From assembly GCA_004431415.1 (NCBI GenBank), contig QPMI01000233.1, forward strand, positions 1-64,000: DNA of 64,000 nucleotides. Reading direction: 5' to 3'. The stretch comes from Cyanophora paradoxa CCMP329. Taxonomy: Eukaryota; Plantae; Glaucophyta. A program made the position numbers and the translations under genes. Each line of letters starts with the position of its first letter. The first letter of the stretch is position 1. The notes beneath the pieces are model-generated. The model worked only from the letters and a program-made list of their open reading frames with translations. It was not told where the DNA came from and searched no databases. Positions 49,574 to 62,090 of this stretch are shown here, piece by piece.

Positions 49574-50147
49574 AATGAGGACACAAGTCACAGTATCAGG
49601 ATTCGGGAATCACGAGGATACGGAGTTTAACGAAGTGGAATTAGCATGCGCAGGAACCGAACCCGGGAGCCCGCGAGGGTACAGAATTTACAGTTATACC
49701 AGTAGTCGCCGGTCCAGTACACTCTGACATATATGCGAATACATGCCGGTATATATACGCATATATGCCGGGGCGCCGAATTAAGGAATTCGAACGGCGC
49801 CCGGCCGGGCCGGGGGCCGGGGGCCGCGGGCCGGGGCCCGCCAGCGCCGCCGGGCCGCCGCCCGCGGAGACTGAGACCGCCGTGAGCCTGGCGTGAGGGC
49901 CCGTGACCGGAAACCGTACGGACTGCATCTGCAGGCTAGTACTGTCAGTGACTGACGACAGCCCTACTGCATGGGCTGCAGACTCAGGCAGACTCCGAGG
50001 CCCTGAGGCTCCAGGGCCAGAGTCCAGGCTCCAGCCTCGGGCGGCGTCGGGCCTCAGGGCCTGCAGGCTGGAGCCGCTGAGCCTGCAGGCTGCAGCCTGC
50101 TGCCAGGCTGCAGGCCCGATGGTACCGGTGCACTGCCGCTGCAGGTA

Positions 50148-50372
50148 CCGTGTAACACTTATTTACTGCGCCACAAAATACTGCGTTCCAAATTTTCTGC
50201 GCCAGTAGGCGCTTTACTGCGCTACCAAATTACTGCGTTCCATCGGCCTCGAAAATCTATTATTTGTTAGCAAAGGGGGTAATACTGCGCTACCAAATTA
50301 CTGCGTTCTAAAACTTTTGAGCGCAGTAATATGGAGCGAGTTATGTCAGCGCGGTAACTAAGTATTACACGG
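50148..50372. mobile_element. Tc1/mariner (pogo/Tigger-type) MITE, 225 bp
   Basis: TA on both sides (50146-47 and 50373-74). Left TIR CCGTGTAACACTTATTTACTGCGC versus right TIR (reverse complement) CCGTGTAATACTTAGTTACCGCGC match at 21/24. Internal TTACTGCG repeats. Confidence 0.85.
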
Positions 50373-50618
50373 TACCGGTCCGCACACGTAGAATTTGACT
50401 CAGTGAGTGACACTATCGATATCACTGATCATATCCCACATTCACAGTGTGGCTCCGCCGCGGCGCGCGAATCGGCGGCGCGATCGGCAGCTGTAGGCTG
50501 TAGCGTACTAGCAAGTTAGTAGCAAGTACTAGCAACTAGTACAGGCAACGGCACTGTTACGGCAGGCGCTAAGCGGCTCAGCGGCTACGTTCAGTAGCTC
50601 TAGCTGCAGCACGAAGGC

Positions 50619-53600
50619 ATGAAACTCAAGGAAGCGGCGATGGAGCCTGTACGGCGACACAAGCTTGAGCTTGCACGTGCAGATATGCATGTTTTCCGTA
50701 CGCGTGCATCGGTTGCGGTTGCGACCGTGACTCTGCTGAGTTTCATGCTCGGAGCCAGTGTCGGTACGCATGCGCTCCATTACTATTAGAATTCGCCACA
50801 TGCATTCGTGTGCGATGATATTGATAAGAGTGCTAACCACAATCACAATCGTGCTTCTGCGCGCCCGCGCGGACTTTAAGGGAGCCTGCTGCCTGGCATC
50901 CCCACGCTTCCCGTTGGCCCCGGCTGGAACGACATCGCACAGGGAAATTACACCTTCTGCGCGGGAACCACGACAGGTTCATTCGGGACCGCAACCGAAG
51001 GTGCCCCCGGGCCCGCACGTGCACTGAGCGTTATGTTCTTACGTCTTCAGAAACGTTTCTTTAGTTACGTATACGTATACACGCATGTAGATTCGATGGT
51101 AAACCGATAAAAAGCTTTTAAGTTACTGATGAAATTGTAGGCCTGTATGTAGCTTGGAATGCAGAACGTATGATGCATGTGCATCTCCTAGCACTTCGAA
51201 TTCCTAACCAGTGTCGATGGCATCGGCACCAGGTGTTGGGACAGCGGCGACGTTCGGTGACGTGAACGGTGCGTGCTTGAATATATGCGCTTGACTCGCG
51301 CTCGTGATGAACGCGGTTGTTTATAAAATTACTGACTCGCTGTCTTTCGTGAACCGCTCAACAATATCGATGATCAGCTCTTCACTACAACACTCACGAT
51401 GGCGAGCTCAAATCTTTCGAAATCTGCTCATTGCAACGTTGGCTATGCTCGCGTTTGAATGGCCGCACGCGACAGGAATCCTTTACGTCGGTGGGTACCG
51501 AGGACTCTTCCGCGTGAGCGCGTCATGCCAGGCGACGCTTGTGGCCGGCGTCCTGAAGGTGCAAGAGGGATCATCAAGGTACATCGGCAATACAACCCTC
51601 GCCGTGGGCACAGCGTACCTGGCATCGGAGATATATTTCAAGTGCGAGTCTAATTAATTGTATATATATACATGATTACATAAACTATATATCGTCCCCA
51701 ATCATGGCCATGACGTGAACTCGGAAATCACGATGAGCAGCAATTTGAACAGCCTGGTGTCGAACGGTACGGGCTTATTCTGGGCGGATGAAGACCCGAC
51801 CAATAACGCAAACACTATCGGATTCATTGACTTGGCCGCCACTCCCGTGACCGTTACCAAGCTGTGGACGAACGCCGGCTGCTCTTGCGTTGGACTCAAC
51901 CCTCAAGCCATCGCGTACTACGGGGGCAAGCTTTTCATTGCGGCCAAGCGCAGAACTGCAGGTTTGTGCCCCCTCCCTCCTCGCCCCCCCCCCTCCCCTC
52001 CCCCCCCCATTTATCTCGTGATTATTTACCAGTGCCTGGCGAACAGGCTGTAGCAGTTGCTCGAGTACTAGACGCGAACTCCACCAGCAGCTCGATTTCG
52101 ATGCAGGCAACAGCGGGGCCGTCCTTCTTTCTATGCCGTCCACAGGTATGCCGGGTCGGTGTTTATATATAACTATTCGCTTTCTGCTTTCTTCCTCTGC
52201 TTTCGACCCAACTGCAATGCACAAGAGGAAACAAGTCTAATGCGATCGTTGGTAACGTTGCAGGGGGAGCTCCTACATTGATCGCTCAACTTTCCGACGC
52301 ATCGAACGGCATCGTTGATTTTTATCCCGGCAAAGGCTTGGTGATAGAGCCGGCGGCGGACGCGAGCGGTTCAATCGCTGTGTTTGTAGGGGTCGGCGAC
52401 GGAACGTCGACACGCACCGGGCTCAAGCTTCGACCGCGCATCGTGAAGGTTCTCGATCGAATCCTCGTCGAAAACAGTCTTATAATTACGTTCGGCGACA
52501 AATATACACCAGGTCACACTGGACTCGTCGGGGTCTGTTTCAGGGGCTTCTAATTTCACGATCATCGGAGGATCTTCTGGATTTCTGTTTCGGGGTATGA
52601 CTCTCGTACAGACGACGTGCGCATTCGACATAAGAACGGTTTTATGAAGAACAATATATTAATTAATGCTTTGACTTGCATGAATTAGGCATGGAATTTG
52701 GCGGCTTGTCGCCCAATTGGATGGTTCCAAGGGTGAAACATTTATCGCCTCTTTCGATTCCAATGGGATCGAGATGGTAGACGAACGAATCAATGCTATT
52801 ATTGGGTAAGTCTTTGATTCGAATATCGGAAACGCGTACGTATATACGCTCTGGAATACAAATCCAGAGCGATTTAATATTAATGTTCTACATCCTGTCG
52901 CAGACCCGAAATGATAGATATGTATGGAACCATGACAAATGTTCTGAGAGCTCCGCGAGGCATCACCAACGTCGGCACCCGCGATTACCCCGTCTTCTAT
53001 TCTGGCTGGTTCGAGAGCTATGTTTTCGCTCACCGCTTGAACATTACCGTCACCATCCCGACGCCATCACCGTCGCCCACGCCCTCGCCGGTTCGCCGTT
53101 GACCATTCGCAGGCCTAGACCCTGTCGACCTGGGCCTTGCAATTGATCGCGTGCGCGCGCAGTCCCCGTCCGCCTCCCCTTCCCCTTCCTCCTCTCCCTC
53201 GCCATCCCCGACTGCGGCCGCTGCCCCGCTTCCCACGCCGAGTCCCCCTTCGAGTTCGAATCCGATGACACCCACTCCCTCCCCCTCGACCTCGATCCCA
53301 CCGCTTGTGCGCGCTTTTTTTTTATCAATATTCGCTGGCGTTGCAATCACTTTGCACTGGCATCGCATGCCCTGCGGGCATTCAATTTAAAGACTTCCGC
53401 TTGCGCGCACTACAGGCTTTCATCCAGCAGGAAGCAGACTCGCGGGGAAAAGTCGGGAATCTGCTGGTGCGATCGCTCAGGAACTTTTGGACCCGGACTT
53501 CATTGCAATGCATAGGCGACACGAGTCTCACTATCTAGCTTCCTACGCAGATCACGCCGAAAAATTTCACGGATACGACGGACAGAAGAGGCGCCCGAAT

Positions 53601-54662
53601 TTTCAAGATGGAGCTTCCCACCGCTGTCGCCACAACCCAGGTCGCGTGGCACCCGCCAGCGACATGTACTTTGTGCATTCTATGCCGGATCTTCTCTGAA
53701 AGACCTGCAGCCGGGCTCTTCGGAGTTCGTTGAAATCGTCATGGTCCGTATTCGGTGGTCGACTGAGCTCGTGCTCGATTCTTTACGGAGTCGCGCGCTC
53801 ACGACCGATGCAGACGGGAGTCCTCAGCGTGGGACAGAAGGTAAAAGTCATCGTCGAAAATAGCGCTGGCGAGCAGCGGGTTGCTTCGAACGAGGAGGTC
53901 GTCCAGAAGACAATCAACGGCGCCGTGGAGACTGTGCTCCGCTTCCGTGCGCCGTGGCCAGCGCTCGCTCGCACGCTCATATCGGTTTTAATTTAGAGAT
54001 TCTAATAGATGTGCCCGTCAATTTCCTCACGATCACCTCCACATGCGACTGACGCCTCGAATTCGTAACTCGTATACGCAGGGACGCCCTCCTTGAATCG
54101 TCGCCGCGCCCTCCGTGCCTTCGAAGTCGGTCAAAAGGCACGCTCTTATGAAGTCGCCCGTTACCCGAATGAAATCAAAAGCTCGCTTTAATTTGCGCAG
54201 TATGACCTCCGCGTCGAGCCGGCCCTTGGCGCGGACCTATTCGTTCCGATCCTTCTCGGCGGGGTTCGTTGATGCGACTGCCGACATTTACACATACTGA
54301 TAATGAGCCCTACATATATTTCTATCGTAAACTGAAACAGCGCGTCTCTCATAACGTCCTCGCGATATCGATCGCGATCGTGACGCTGCGCATGCCGCAC
54401 GCGCAGGCGTTCCAGTGGACCCCTGCAGCTGCTGGCGTGGCTGCGGTACTGGTTCCCTTCTGGCCGAGCGCTGCTTCCCGCTCATCCGCGGTGCTTAAAT
54501 TTGAACGCTGTCAACTTCAAGCGCACGCCTAGTCCTACCGTTCGAATTTTGATCATGACATATGCATGACGTACGCAGGGTGCTCTAGGCCTGCTCGTGA
54601 TTCTCTTCACAGCTGCTTTTATCGCGTTTGCGGCGCCGGCGGCCTTGAGATCTGGATACTGA
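50619..54662 (+). CDS. Secreted NHL-like beta-propeller protein with Ser/Pro linker and GPI-anchor-like C-terminus; paralog of the ectodomain of 17253-24839
   Basis: In-frame ATGs at 50619 and 50685, the latter followed by signal-like MHVFRTRASVAVATVTLLSFMLGAS. Exons read NYTFCAG, EGVGTAATF, LFRVSASCQATLVAG, NPQAIAYYGGKLFIA, and YVFAHRL followed by PTPSPSPTPSP. The last exon GALGLLVILFTAAFIAFAAPAALRSGY ends at TGA 54660-54662. Confidence 0.7.
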
Positions 54663-56195
54663 GAAGAACTCGAAATACCGACTAGCAACTGGTAATAAAC
54701 TCCAAGCAGTATACGTAACAAGTTGCAAGTATTAGTGCTACGTATACGGTAGACGAAGATAGACTTCAGTATAGCCCTCTTTCGCTTTCGCTTTCGATCA
54801 AACAATAAACTTTCCGCGCGGTGGCGGCCGGAGATGTAGTACTCTCTAGCTACGTATACTTAAATGATCATGATTCCGACGGTCTCTGAATAAAACTGCT
54901 GTCAGTTGCATTTCCGGGCCGCCCCGCGGCCCCCTGAGATCTTGCTGTAGCCTTGCTGTAGATGTGCATATTCACGCACGCACTGCCGCACACGTCAATT
55001 AAATATTATATGGCGCGGAAGCCTTCGAAAGGCCGCGGCCCGGCGGCCCTCAAGGACGAGTTCGAAGGGGTCGGCCTCCGCCGCAGCCAGCGCTTCGAAG
55101 TCCTGCGCGGCCAATTAAAGGGGCGCCTGGAGCTCGAGCTCAGGCCAGGGAGGCCTAGGGGCGGGGCACGGCTGGGCGGCCCGGCCCTCCAGGCCTGGGG
55201 CGGCGCGGGGCACGCGTGGCGAACCTCGTCGATCTGCAGGAGCTCGCCTAGACCTGCAGATGCCGCGCCGAGCTTGTGATCATGATCAGCCTCCGAGGCT
55301 CCGCCTCAGCCTCAGCCTATGCCTCAGCGTCCGCCGCCACTGACACCTCAACGCACTCGTACTCCTCCACTGGGCCACGTTGCCATTGACGCGTACGTGT
55401 ACGAACTGTGGCGCCGAGTCGCCGCCGACTCGACTCATGATCAGCTGCAGCGGCACTGACGGAGCGAGCTGACGTCGGAGGCTCCTGGGAGGCACCGATT
55501 CGTCAGACCCGAATTCTCCAAATCATTTTTGAATACCAATCGCGAGTGACGTTGTCGCCGGCGCCGGCGCGGTAAACTCCAACAGCCGACTCTGTCTCGA
55601 CTCTCTGAGCCGAGGCTTCGAATTCGGATTATATTCCCCGTAAGTTCAGCTTTCGGAGCCTTGAAAGTTGAAGCCTTGAACTTCGGATGGCTTGATCATG
55701 AATTCGAAGCCGGTCGGGCTTGATTGCCTTACTTCAGCAGCCGCTGAGCCTACAAGTTGCCTTTCTCCGCGGCGCAGATTTTGCAATTGCGGGAATTTGC
55801 GGCTCGAGCTTTTCTATTGAGTGGGCAACATGATCACGATCAGTGCTTCCTCTCTTGGCACGCCTTGTGTGTGGATAGACACAAAGACTAGCTGGTTCTG
55901 CGCCACAGCGTTAGCCTTGCGCCGCGGGACTAAGACTGTCCTCTGTACATTCTAACTCTGCAAAATCCGATACATGAAATCCGAATGGAATCGAATCTGG
56001 TCACGAACTGCAACACAACTCTGGCACTACGAAATGATTGCACACACTCAGATACTATGATATATCGATACGTGAAGAAAAGAAGAGAGCTCATGGTCCC
56101 GGGAAAGAATGAAAATACAGCGGCTCTACATAGAAATCGAAAGAAGAGAGCGGCGGCAGCACAGGCGATCGGGCCCCAGCGCGCCAGGCCGGCGC

Positions 56196-58635
56196 TCACG
56201 GGCGGGTCGGCTTCTCCGCCGCCCACGCCACAACGAACCGCAGCGAGCGCCGCGCGGGGGGCGGTGTCCTGAGCGCGGTCCGTCAATCTACGGCGGGACG
56301 TGTCGTACCCCCAGGGATTTAGAAGCGTACCCCTCGGGGACGGAGCGGAGCGAGTCGCTGTCGGTCGGCGCGGCCGAGTGGATCTCCACGCGCACGTTCA
56401 CGAAGCCCTGGAGGGGGGTACGGGTCAATATCGGAAGGGGAGGGGGGTACGGGGTGTGCGCACGGCGGCTTGCAGGGCGGCGGTGAGAGACTCGGGCGAG
56501 TGGAGGTACCTTTGGGCGGGGTTAAGAGTAAGGGAGGGGGAGAGGGAGGGGGACGGAAAGGGGTACCGGATCCGCGAGTCGCCGCGGTCGGTGCAGGTGG
56601 CGCAACGCGTCGTGAGAGACCAGCAGCCTGCACAGGCGCGGGACGGAAACGGGACGGTCAGGGATTCGAACGCGGGACGGGGTACGCCCCCAAGGGGGGC
56701 GGGGCGCCGACCGGCGAGGGCGGTCAGGGGCCCCCGGGCGCAGAGGAGCGAGCACGAGAAGCAGGCGGGGCGGGCGCTGCGGAGGGGTACGGCGTTAGAG
56801 TGGAGAGGGGGGGGGGGCAAAAGCCGGGGTACACGCGAGGGGGGGCGCACAGCGCGGTGAACACCCCGGGACGGTCGCTCGCGAGATTCCGGCCCAGAAG
56901 GATCCCACCGGGCTGCGGGAACGGGTCGGAGGGGGGTTCAGTGTCTCAGGGGGTACAGGGCACCTGAAGAAGCGCGAAGGCGCGGGCGAGGAAGCTGCGT
57001 GGCGGCCAGTCGGTTGCCGTACCCCCCCCCCCGACGGGTCCCGTACCCCCCTCGCACCTCTGAACGTCGTACTCGTCGAGGAGGTGCAGGACGGAGACTG
57101 CCGTCGCTGCGTGTACCCGTCCGAAGAGGTCCTCCAGGCCTGCAGGGGGATGCGGGTAGGAGTTTCAGGGGTATGGTTAAGAAGCGGAGTCGAGAGCCGA
57201 CGTACCCCGGGGGTGGTCAAGGGAGATCGAGCTCGGGACGTTGACGCGCAGGAAGCTGGGTACGCGGTTACGGGGCCGGCGGGCAAGGATTAGGGGTACG
57301 GCCTCACTCCTCAGCGTAGTACGTCACGTAGGAGCGGCCCTTGTCTGCGGGGGTACGCGTCGGCAGGGCGGCGGGGGAACAGCTTGGGAAATGGCCCGCG
57401 CACCGCGGAAAAGCAGGTACCCCTGCAAGGAAGAAGGGGGAAAGGGAAGAAAGCGCGTCAAGAAGGGAGCGCGGTACCGAGCGAAGCGAGCAGGGGTACC
57501 AGATCGATGAGTGCGGCGTGGCGGTCAACACCGAAGAGCTGCGGCAGGAGCAGTGGGCGACCGAGGGGGGGGGGGTGAAGATGGGGGTAGGGGTTCGGAC
57601 CTGCTGCTCAGCGACCCCTCCCATCACCAGCGCGCGGAGGTCGGTTCCGAGCCCGCAGCTGGGTACCAGTGAGGCCGGGCGGGGGAAAGGGAGCGGGCGA
57701 AGGGCGCGTGGGGTACCCGACGTCGACGAGGCGGCGGTCGCGCTCGGCGCCGAGCCGCGAGAGGAGGTCCTTGTAAGCGAAGTGCGCCTGCGCGGATTCG
57801 AACCGGGGCCCGCGGCGAGGCGGGACGACGGAGGGAAGGGCGCACGTCGATGCGGGGGCGAAGGACTGAGGCGGGCGGGGGCGGGGGGCGGGGGCCTCAG
57901 CGGACGATGGAGAGGGCGGGGAGGGGTACGGCGCACAGGTCATGTCGAGGATGAATCGCATTACGAAGTCCTGCGTGGGCGGGCGGCGCGGCGGTGAGCG
58001 GCGCGGGGCGGCGCGGAAGCGAGCGCGGCGGGCGCCGCGTGCAGGCGTACTTGCTCGATAGCTTCCTCCTGCACGGTGTAGGCGAGCGCGCGCAGCTCAT
58101 CGTCGCTGATGCCGCGCGTCGCCGGTCGCACGCGCTGCGGGCGGCGGCGGGGATCGGCGGGTGAGGCGAGGACGATGCGGGCCCCGGCGCCGTGGGGGCG
58201 CGGCGGGGCGGCCGGGCGCGTCATTCGACGCGATTCAAAGCGCGGGCGCACCTCGAGATACGAGCGCAGGAACGAAACGTCGGGCCCGTCGCTGGTCGGA
58301 GGCTTGACGCGCGGCGACGGCTGCGGCGACACGTCCGCGGGCGTGCCAGGCGTGGCGGTCGCCGGCGTCGCCGGCGTGGCGGCCGCTGGCGTCGCCGGCG
58401 TTGCCGCGACGGCTCCGGACGCCGCAGCCGGCGGGGGCGTGGTCTGTTGGGCGGACGGCGAAGGTTGCCTAGGCGTTACGGGCGCAGGGCCCGGCGGTGC
58501 TGCTCCAACGGCGGGCTCCACGTTGCTCTGCTCCTCCTTGGGCGCGGCGGGCGCGGGCGGCGGCTTCGGGGCGGCAGGCGGGCGCTGCGCCGCAGCCGGC
58601 GCCGCTGCCGCCTCGTCGACCGGAGCCTCGGCCAT
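56196..58635 (-). CDS. Class I SAM-dependent methyltransferase, AusD/Trt5-like, with a Pro/Ala/Thr-rich N-terminal extension
   Basis: ATG at 58635. Spliced motifs: RLVDVG|CGLGTDLRALV (motif I), LFGVD...IDL|GYLLFRD, SVLHLL, LLQ|PGGILLG, RYLHSPESL, GFVNVRV and LRFVVAWAAEKP, then TGA at 56196-56198. Confidence 0.8.
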
Positions 58636-58742
58636 TTTCGATGCGCTGGGTGTGCTGACGGCGGCCTGGGCTCACTGGTTCGCAGGAAGCAACCTTGGCG
58701 CGAGTTCCCGGGGTACAGGCCGATAGAAGCACAGTTCGAACC
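58636..58742. promoter_or_regulatory. Probable bidirectional promoter/5'UTR region of 107 bp between the divergent methyltransferase and TBCA start codons
   Basis: Divergent ATGs at 58635 (-) and 58743 (+). This rests on position only. Confidence 0.45.
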
Positions 58743-59278
58743 ATGTCGGACCCGAAGAAGACGCTGAAGCTGAAGGTGGGGATTGCGAAGCGCACCTTCA
58801 AGGAGATGCAGGGCTACGAGAAGGAGCGGGAGAAGCAGCAAGCCAAGATCGACCGCATGAAGGCCGACAACCTGGACCCGGCAGACATCAAGAAGCAGGT
58901 GCGGCGCCTTCCGGAGCACCTGCGGCCGCCTGCTGAGCGCTGCCCGCAGGAGGAGGTGCTCTCCGAGACGCTGGCGATGATCCCGGACGTGCGGAAGCGC
59001 CTTGAGGCCGCAATGAAGGAGGTCCAGCAGCTCATGGTGCGTGACGCGCCGCGCGTCGGCTCCCGGCCCCCGCGCGCTCAGACTCCGCCGAGCAGAAGGA
59101 CGCCGAGAGCGACGAGAACCTGATGGCGTCGGAGGAGTACAAGGCGGGCCAGGAGATCATCGTAGGTGAGCGCCTCGCCGTCGCGCGGGCGGCGCGGGCC
59201 ATCGCCCGGAGCAGCGCCGGCCGGACGCTCACGCCCGTCCGCGCAGAGGCGCTGCCGATGCTCAGCTTGAACCGGTAG
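58743..59278 (+). CDS. TBCA: Tubulin-specific chaperone A (4 exons)
   Basis: MSDPKKTLKLKVGIAKRTFKEMQGYEKE...DIKKQ|EEVLSETLAMIPDVRKRLEAA...|KDAESDE...EEYKAGQEII|EALPMLSLNR*, matching the TBCA/Rbl2 signature. Confidence 0.95.
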
Positions 59279-59474
59279 CGACCGCCCAGCGGACGTGCGC
59301 TTCCCTCCTCCTCGTTTCTTAGAGGCGCGCGCAACTATCGTTCCTGATCCTGCCTTTCCTTCTCGCAGTTCCCATCCCGCCCCGTCCCATTCTCGCACCA
59401 AACCAGTCCCATCTTATCCCGCTCCATTCCATTCCATTCGATTTCAAAGAGCACGCCGCGCTAGCTAGACGAGG

Positions 59475-62090
59475 TCACGAGGCCTCGCCGTCGGGCTTGG
59501 GCCGCTTGGCGGGGGGGTCCCCCTCCCCGTCCGCCTGCGCCACCCCGTCGGGAAAGGTGTACCCGTCCTGTGCGAAGGCGACGGCGGCGGGGAGGCGGAA
59601 GGAGAGGCAGAACATGCGCTTGTTCGGAGCCACGTCCCTCACGTCGTGCGCCTCCGCCGGGCCGTCCAGCGGGCCCCCCATCGCCGCCTCTGCGCGCTGC
59701 AGAGGCGGGTCGGGTCGGGGCGCCCGATGGAGAGACCCCCGAGGGGGTTACGCGAACCTTGACGAGGTCCTCCTTCGGGGCGTCGAGGGCCCGCGTGAAG
59801 GCGTAGACGTGCACCTGGGCACGAGAGTTCGAGGGTGGGGGAGGGAAGCCGGGGGTACGGGGGCGGACCCTGGGGAGGGGGCGGCCCTCCCAGAAAGCCC
59901 GCTGCTTCAGGAAGGCCCCGCGCATCGAATCTGGCCAAGGGATGAGCCGGAAAGGGGGTACGGGAGCGCGGAGACAGGCAGGGGTACCGAGGAACTCGAT
60001 GGCACTGGCGGGAAGGTTCATCACAATGTGCTCGAAGTGAATCGCGCCGCAGGGGAGCTCGCCTGCGGGGGGTACGGGTCGGTCGGCGCGAAAGGCAGAT
60101 ACAGATGGGGGGTACAGGTGCGGACCGGCGGCCATCGCGCGGAGGAAGGCGCGGGCGTCCATGTTGTACCCGTGCACCTTGTTCGCGACCTGGGTAGGGG
60201 GTCGGCGCGGGAGGGCACGCGGCCGAACTCTGAAGGGGGCTACCTTGTTCGTCTTGGAGTTGGCCACGAGGTAGTGGTAGGAGCGGGGGTTCAGGTCGTT
60301 GGCGTGGACCGTGCTGGGGGGTACGGCATTCGAAGCTTAAGAGGGGCGGGCGGCGTGGGGAGGAGGGCGGCGGGCGAGCACCAGCCGCGCTTGCCGGCGG
60401 GGACGGCGAAGGGGCCCACACCAGCGAACATGTCGCCTGCGAGGCGGTGGGACGGAAGCGGCGCCCTGTGAGCGGAGAGACGGGGTACAGAAAAAGTTGG
60501 GACGGGTACGCACAGATGACGTCCTTGGGGGCGAACGACTGGACGAGGCGCGTGTGCTCCGTCTCGAGCCGCGAGTTCCAGTAGACGTCCGCTGCGCACC
60601 CGGGCTCGAATCCCGGAGGGCAGGCTTTCTAGAGTGCAGAGCGGACCGTAATTGAAGCGGAAGGTGCAGCCCTGCTCGCGCTGCGGGAAGGGCGGGGGGG
60701 AGAGATCGAGACGGGGGATGGGAAGCAGGGGGGGGTACGCGCTCACCACCTCGGTCTCGAGGTCCGGGTCGCCGGCGATGACCTCGAGAGGCAGTACCCG
60801 GAACTCGTTCTCGATGCTGCTCGTCTGGGGGGGAAGGAGTCGGCGGGGGTACGGAAAAGAGATGGGGGAGGAGAACGCCAAGGGGGTACCTTGTTCACGA
60901 CGGTCTTGATGCGGCCGCCCTTCTGCTTCTGTGGAGCGGGTCGTCACTCAGGGGCCGTTCCGAAAGCGGAACCCTTCGGATTCGATCCCGCGCACGTCGA
61001 GGAGGACCTCTCCTATGAGGTGCTTGTAGGGCAGCTGCTCATCTCGCAGGTTCAGGTGGATCAATTTGCCGACCTGCGTCGGGCGCGGGTTCGAATCCGG
61101 GCGGCGGAGGGATGCGCGGGCGGGGTGCGGGGGCGGAAGCGGGGGCGGCGTCTCGCCTGCTCGTATGAGGAGGGTACGTCGATGTTGGCGGGTAGGAGCT
61201 TGCGCAGGATGTGGTCTGTGGAGGGTAGGGGGCCGGAGGTCAGCGGGGGCCCGGGGGCGCGGGGCGAGCGCCCGAGGGTGCGTACCTGCGTTGAAGTAGT
61301 CGTAGCCCAGCTCGAGCGTGTGGGACGTTGCCTCGTACCCGCCCGCCTTCACCTGGGCGCGCACGTCCTCGGGCAGCTCTGCCAGATCTGGGGCCGCCCG
61401 CCCGGGCTCAGCGCGCGGGGCGCGGGGCGGCACGGGGGCGCGGCGGGGCCGAGCACACCCATGCTCTTGACCTTATCGCTCAGCAGCAGAAGCTTGGTCT
61501 CGTTAGCCTTGGCCTGCGGGTCCTCGACGATGTTGCGCAGGCGAGGCATGTTCAAGAGATGGCTGCGGGCGCGGGCGGGCCGGGCGCGTTAGCACGGGCC
61601 CAGTTGACGAGATTGAGCCTGGCGGAGCCAGCCGCATGGGCCGCGCGCACTTCGTGAGCTCCTTGAGCATCTTCCCGCACTCCTTCGCCGGAATGCGCAG
61701 CGCGACGAGCTTGAGCTCCTCCTTGAACGCTTCCCGGTCGATCATGGCGTCCAGGTTCGCGAAGGTATCAGGTCCGGGTGCCCACTCGGCCTTGGGCGGG
61801 GTGCAAGTCGAGATCGCTAAGTTGCGGGACGGCCACGGCGCGTTTCGGCTGAGCGCGGCGAAGCGGCTGCACGACCCGATCCGACAGCTCACAAGCGACG
61901 AGAGGAATGTTCTGCTAAGGCCGGCGGCGCTGCTGCAGAAGCTGACCGGACGAGCGGCGCGCGATGGAGCCGACGACGGTCTTCCTCGTGTTCCTTGCGC
62001 TGCTGTTTGCGTACCACGCAGGAGAAGTGCTGATTGTGGTGGTCTACAACCCGCGAGAGCTGGGATGGAGCTGTAAGCACTTCCTCGCAT
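59475..62090 (-). CDS. TRM5: tRNA (guanine(37)-N1)-methyltransferase; in-frame ATGs at 62090 (long form) and 61745 (short form)
   Basis: VPSSYEQ|[74 protein letters not shown] and [19 protein letters not shown]-terminal NLS-like PPAKRPK. Stop at 59475. Confidence 0.93.
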
